DNA of 64,000 nt, taken from the NCBI GenBank assembly GCA_020632015.1, contig JACKGI010000003.1, positions 65,421 to 129,420 on the forward strand, read 5' to 3'. Shown here one piece after another: positions 60,773-64,000 of this stretch (the stretch's first letter is position 1; each line of letters starts with the position of its first letter). Both the position numbers and the translations under genes were made by a program. Under the pieces are notes generated by a model. That model did no database searches and had not been told where the DNA came from. It saw nothing but the letters and a program-made list of their open reading frames with translations. The stretch is from Candidatus Nomurabacteria bacterium. Its GTDB lineage: Bacteria > Patescibacteriota > Minisyncoccia > Phycocordibacterales > UBA918.

Positions 60773-62539
60773 ATGAGTTGGATTAAAAATCACATAATAC
60801 CGCTAGTTGTGGTCTTGTTGAGTGTACTGATAGCTGTCGGTGTACTTTTGTACGAAGAGGAACTTCCAGAAGTAGAAGTTGTAGAAGAGGTTTTAAGTTC
60901 AGAGTTTCACTCAGCTTACTCTAATGATGAAACTCTTTACGGTATCAATTCTACCGATGGGTTAGATCAAAAATACACAGATACTGTTTACGGAGGGATT
61001 GTTTCTCACCATCTACTTTCAAACATTGATATTGCAAAGTTCTTTCACGAGTTCAGTGACCAAAAAGTAGATAAAGTTATTCTGATTGGACCCAACCATT
61101 TTTACCCAACAACATTTCCAGCTCTATCAACAAATCTAGATTACAAAACACCATTTGGTAACGTATTCGTTGATGAGGAATATATAGAGAAGATGGTGTC
61201 CAAGAAATTAGTACAAATTGCTGATGAGACTGTCGATACCGAGCATTCAGTTTCTTCGTTGGTGCCATATGTTGCTCACTATTTACCAGGAGCAAAGTTG
61301 GTTCCAGTCATATTTACAAGGAACGCCCCTGATGAACTCCTAGAGGACATCTCGGAGTTTTTGAAGAAGAACAATACAGAGAACACTATCGTGATTTCGA
61401 GTGTAGATTTCTCTCATCATTTGTACAGCAACGCATCTGCTCTACACGACTTAAGGTCCGTGTCAGCTATAAAGAGTTTCGACATCCCGAGCTTATCAGA
61501 GTTGGAAGTAGATAGCCCTCAATCCTTAAGTGTTCTGTTGCAGTACCTAGAGTCGATTGATGCTCAAGATATTTCTCTATGGCAACAAAACGCTGCAAAT
61601 ATTTTTGATGAATATGACATTGATGACGTTACATCGTATGTCTTTGCTCATGCTCGAAAGGGAAAAATGAAAGCCGAATCGGGTGCAAGCATGCTGTTCT
61701 TTGGAGACACAATGCTTGGTAGAGGGGTGGAAGAAATGATAGATGGGAATGTGGATTTATTCGCTGGAATTCGTGGTCCAGAGGGTAACTTCTTGAGAGG
61801 CTATGATGGTATAGCAGTAAATCTTGAGGGAGCGATTGCGGGAGATGATTGTGACTCTGTAGATGATGAGTTGCTTATACAGGCAGATAATTTGAAGTTA
61901 TTGAAGCAAGAGAATATTTCTCATGTGGGAGTAGTTAATAACCATTTTCAAAAATGTGATGAAGCTCAAGGTGTATCAGAAGTTGAGGGTAATGGTTTGA
62001 TTACACTTAACTCTAGTGATGTTATTCAAATAGAAGGTACTGATTTAGACATAGGAGTTCTGTCTGTATACGCAGCCCCTGTACCAACAGATATTTCAAA
62101 TATAGTGGAGTCGGTAAGGTTGGCTTCTCTGAAGAACGAAAAACTAATTGTGAACATACATTGGGGGGTAGAGTACAGCACTGAGCCTACTGGTGCACAG
62201 AAAGAACTAGCACACGCCATGGTTGATGCTGGAGCAGATATAGTCATTGGTCATCATCCGCACGTAATTCAATCAGTTGAAGTCTATAATGACGGAATCA
62301 TTGCTTATTCCCTTGGGAATTTTATTGCTGACCAAGAAGGAGAGATGACCAAGACAGGATTAGCTGCAGGAGTTTTCTTAAATGATACAAAAAAAGATTT
62401 ATTCTTATTTCCATTTGAGCAGAGAGAGGGTGTGCCAACACACTTAACTCAGGAAGTGGCAGGAGATATTTGCGACACTATTTTAGTATCAGAAATTAAT
62501 CACCCTAAACATAGTTGTATTATCCAAGTTGCAGATTAA
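60773..62539 (+). CDS. membrane-anchored fusion: Memo/AmmeMemoRadiSam-B-like N-domain plus CapA-family metallophosphatase C-domain
   Basis: N-part GGIVSHHLL...LIGPNHF...TEHS. C-part GDTMLGR, NLEG, NNH, HWGVEY, GHHPH and SLGNF (CapA/PGA-synthesis family pattern). Confidence 0.7.
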   Translation: MSWIKNHIIPLVVVLLSVLIAVGVLLYEEELPEVEVVEEVLSSEFHSAYSNDETLYGINSTDGLDQKYTDTVYGGIVSHHLLSNIDIAKFFHEFSDQKVDKVILIGPNHFYPTTFPALSTNLDYKTPFGNVFVDEEYIEKMVSKKLVQIADETVDTEHSVSSLVPYVAHYLPGAKLVPVIFTRNAPDELLEDISEFLKKNNTENTIVISSVDFSHHLYSNASALHDLRSVSAIKSFDIPSLSELEVDSPQSLSVLLQYLESIDAQDISLWQQNAANIFDEYDIDDVTSYVFAHARKGKMKAESGASMLFFGDTMLGRGVEEMIDGNVDLFAGIRGPEGNFLRGYDGIAVNLEGAIAGDDCDSVDDELLIQADNLKLLKQENISHVGVVNNHFQKCDEAQGVSEVEGNGLITLNSSDVIQIEGTDLDIGVLSVYAAPVPTDISNIVESVRLASLKNEKLIVNIHWGVEYSTEPTGAQKELAHAMVDAGADIVIGHHPHVIQSVEVYNDGIIAYSLGNFIADQEGEMTKTGLAAGVFLNDTKKDLFLFPFEQREGVPTHLTQEVAGDICDTILVSEINHPKHSCIIQVAD

Positions 62540-62798
62540 AACATTTTTAACCTACTTAGGTTATGTATAGTCTATATAAAGGGTGGGGGTCAATTCGGGG
62601 GTACCCCCCTTTTATATATAGAAGTTCGAGAATGATGCACCAGATTGATGTCTGTTTGATATCAACTAGGTGCAGACAGTTATTTGTTTTAAATGAAGAG
62701 TATTGGTTGATCTAAATTAGGTAGTTAACTCAAGGATATTTTCGAGGGAGTGAGATATTTTGAGTTCAAAGAACGAAGAAAATATCCACGAGAGTGAC

Positions 62799-62817
62799 CG
62801 AGTCCCTGTCCGGCAGC
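62799..62817 (+). repeat. direct repeat copy 2 of the tRNA-Gln 3' end
   Basis: Identical 19-mer located 4.78 kb from the tRNA. Confidence 0.9.
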
Positions 62818-62824
62818 TCGTAAG

Positions 62825-62848
62825 AAAAGCACCCGCAAGGGTGTTTTT
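62825..62848 (+). terminator. terminator inside the tRNA-Gln distal module
   Basis: AAAAGCACCC-GCAA-GGGTGTTTTT. An outer stem TGTCCGGCAGC/GCTGCCGGACA pairs the acceptor copy. Confidence 0.7.
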
Positions 62849-62858
62849 CTGTATACGG

Positions 62859-62905
62859 GCTGCCGGACAAGAAATAGTTTGGGAAACTATTTCGTGGGAC
62901 TCGAA
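62859..62905 (+). repeat. inverted tRNA-Gln 3'-end copy split by TGGGA-loop hairpin H3
   Basis: GCTGCCGGACA + A-GAAATAGTT-TGGGA-AACTATTTC-GT + GGGACTCGAA. This equals the reverse complement of TTCGAGTCCCTGTCCGGCAGC with a clean 26-nt insertion. Confidence 0.9.
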
Positions 62906-62947
62906 AAGCTTTTGAGATAGATTTGATTGATGTGATATGCTTTTTGT

Positions 62948-63376
62948 ATGGAGAAAACTAGTAACTCAGAAATAATGGATGAAGAAGTAGTTGCTCTTAA
63001 GCAGCTTGCTGAACAAGAAATTCGCAAAATTGAACAGCTTCCTCAGCCGGTAGTACGGGTATGTGGTCCTCTTACTTGCGATGGGCCAGAAGGATATTTA
63101 AGAAGCGCTGACCGTCTAGCGCTAGCAGAGAAGGTTTTGCAGGATAAAGGAATGTCTATCTGGACCTTTGGTGATTCAGAAGAAGAGATATTTGGTAAAG
63201 GCTATTCCGATGAGAATGTCTTTGAATTTTTCCATAAACCAATTCTAGAATCTGGTTTGATACAGGAAGCATATTTCTTGCCTAGATGGGACGAATCCAA
63301 CGGAGCTACTTTAGAAAGAAATACTGCAAGAGATGCTAAGGTTTCAATTCAGGAGTTTCTTGAAGAATGGTTCTAA
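62948..63376 (+). CDS. hypothetical protein (possibly DUF4406/nucleoside deoxyribosyltransferase-like)
   Basis: 142-aa ORF. TGATATGCT lies 6 nt upstream. The family call is weak. Confidence 0.5.
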   Translation: MEKTSNSEIMDEEVVALKQLAEQEIRKIEQLPQPVVRVCGPLTCDGPEGYLRSADRLALAEKVLQDKGMSIWTFGDSEEEIFGKGYSDENVFEFFHKPILESGLIQEAYFLPRWDESNGATLERNTARDAKVSIQEFLEEWF

Positions 63377-63568
63377 CATCGTCCCAAACGGCCAGCACGA
63401 GAATTAAGGCGCCTTCGGGCGCTTTTTATGTGAACTTATGCACATATTGCAAATTTAAACAGTAGGAGTAACATAATTATTGTATATAGACATCGTTCTA
63501 TACCCTTACATATCCAAGTAATCGCGTAGGCCCCTGTCTATGATTTACTAGAATTAACTTGGAAAAAT

Positions 63569-64000
63569 ATGAAAACAATAATTTTACGAAATTATTTTCG
63601 TTACGGGATTGGGGTGTTTGTTTTGTTCCTGGCTCTAGTTAGTTTCAATACGGTTGTCACTCAGGCGGTATTTATTGACACCGATGGTGATGGGGTGGCA
63701 GACGATATAGATAACTGTGTTAATGATTCAAACGCAGATCAAGCGGACGCAGATGGTGATGGAGTGGGGGACGTGTGCGATGAGACACCAGACACCACGG
63801 CTCCAACTGGTCGTGTGACCGACCCTGATTATGATTATGGAGAATTGTCTGGCACCTCAGTGACAGTTTATGTAGACGCAAGAGATAGTGAGTCTTTGGT
63901 TAAGGAGGTGTGTTTACAGAAAGTGTTTAGAGGTGTCGAAAGTACAATTGCTTGTATGGCATTAAGTGAGCGGGATGGAAGTAGTTACGACTACGCACCG
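63569..64000 (+). CDS. secreted protein with thrombospondin type-3-like calcium-binding repeats (partial, runs off the window)
   Basis: ATG at 63569, signal/TM, DTDGDGVADDIDNCVNDSNADQADADGDGVGDVCD. The frame is open to the window end. Not in the ORF track because no stop is present. Confidence 0.7.
   Translation, partial: MKTIILRNYFRYGIGVFVLFLALVSFNTVVTQAVFIDTDGDGVADDIDNCVNDSNADQADADGDGVGDVCDETPDTTAPTGRVTDPDYDYGELSGTSVTVYVDARDSESLVKEVCLQKVFRGVESTIACMALSERDGSSYDYAP

Larger units (their letters stand above)
58033..62798. mobile_element. decayed integrated island at tRNA-Gln
   Basis: Bounded by the 19-bp direct repeat of the tRNA 3' end. A serine recombinase C-terminal remnant lies next to the tRNA. 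Confidence 0.55.

Overview
This 64-kb window is a low-GC bacterial chromosome segment. Its content resembles a CPR/Patescibacteria (Parcubacteria-like) genome, but that lineage call is inference. Supporting features are a type IV pilus cluster with no secretin next to comF; compact ligA-gatCA and prfB-ftsEX-pyrG blocks; five tRNAs with no encoded CCA; and TGnTATACT promoters 6-11 nt before start codons.

Layout:
- 0.3-4.7 kb: thiol/copper cluster (rhodanese-DUF1573, DUF1573, DsbA-like, CxxC membrane protein, Met-rich multicopper oxidase).
- 4.8-15.4 kb: accessory mobile region. It carries a large serine recombinase, terminase large and small subunits, and a ParB-methyltransferase. It also carries a tightly packed seven-gene operon headed by a LexA-type repressor. 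That operon contains a CD-NTase/SMODS-like nucleotidyltransferase, an orphan 157-aa protein, a minimal SLATT-like 2-TM protein and a HEPN (RNxxxH) protein. I read it as a non-canonical CBASS-like system and my best candidate for the novel system.
- 15.4-20.9 kb: a visibly GC-rich insertion with a second, homologous serine recombinase and a flotillin operon. Long inverted repeats partition it in an unusual A'-rec-AB-cargo-B' order.
- 21-34 kb: housekeeping and accessory genes (HIT, hydrolase paralogs, SDR, two OMP-like beta-barrels, a poly-Asp/Glu protein, a CstR-rhodanese-MBL sulfide operon, NhaD, GGDEF, ZIP, ComF).
- 34-46 kb: type IV pilus cluster.
- 46-58 kb: core genes and tRNAs.
- 58-62.8 kb: small island at tRNA-Gln with a recombinase remnant.

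Three to four tRNA loci carry about 150-bp downstream or upstream modules. These consist of direct repeats of the tRNA end, an inverted tRNA 3'-end copy, and a covarying hairpin with a conserved TGGGA loop.

No rRNA genes or CRISPR arrays were seen.
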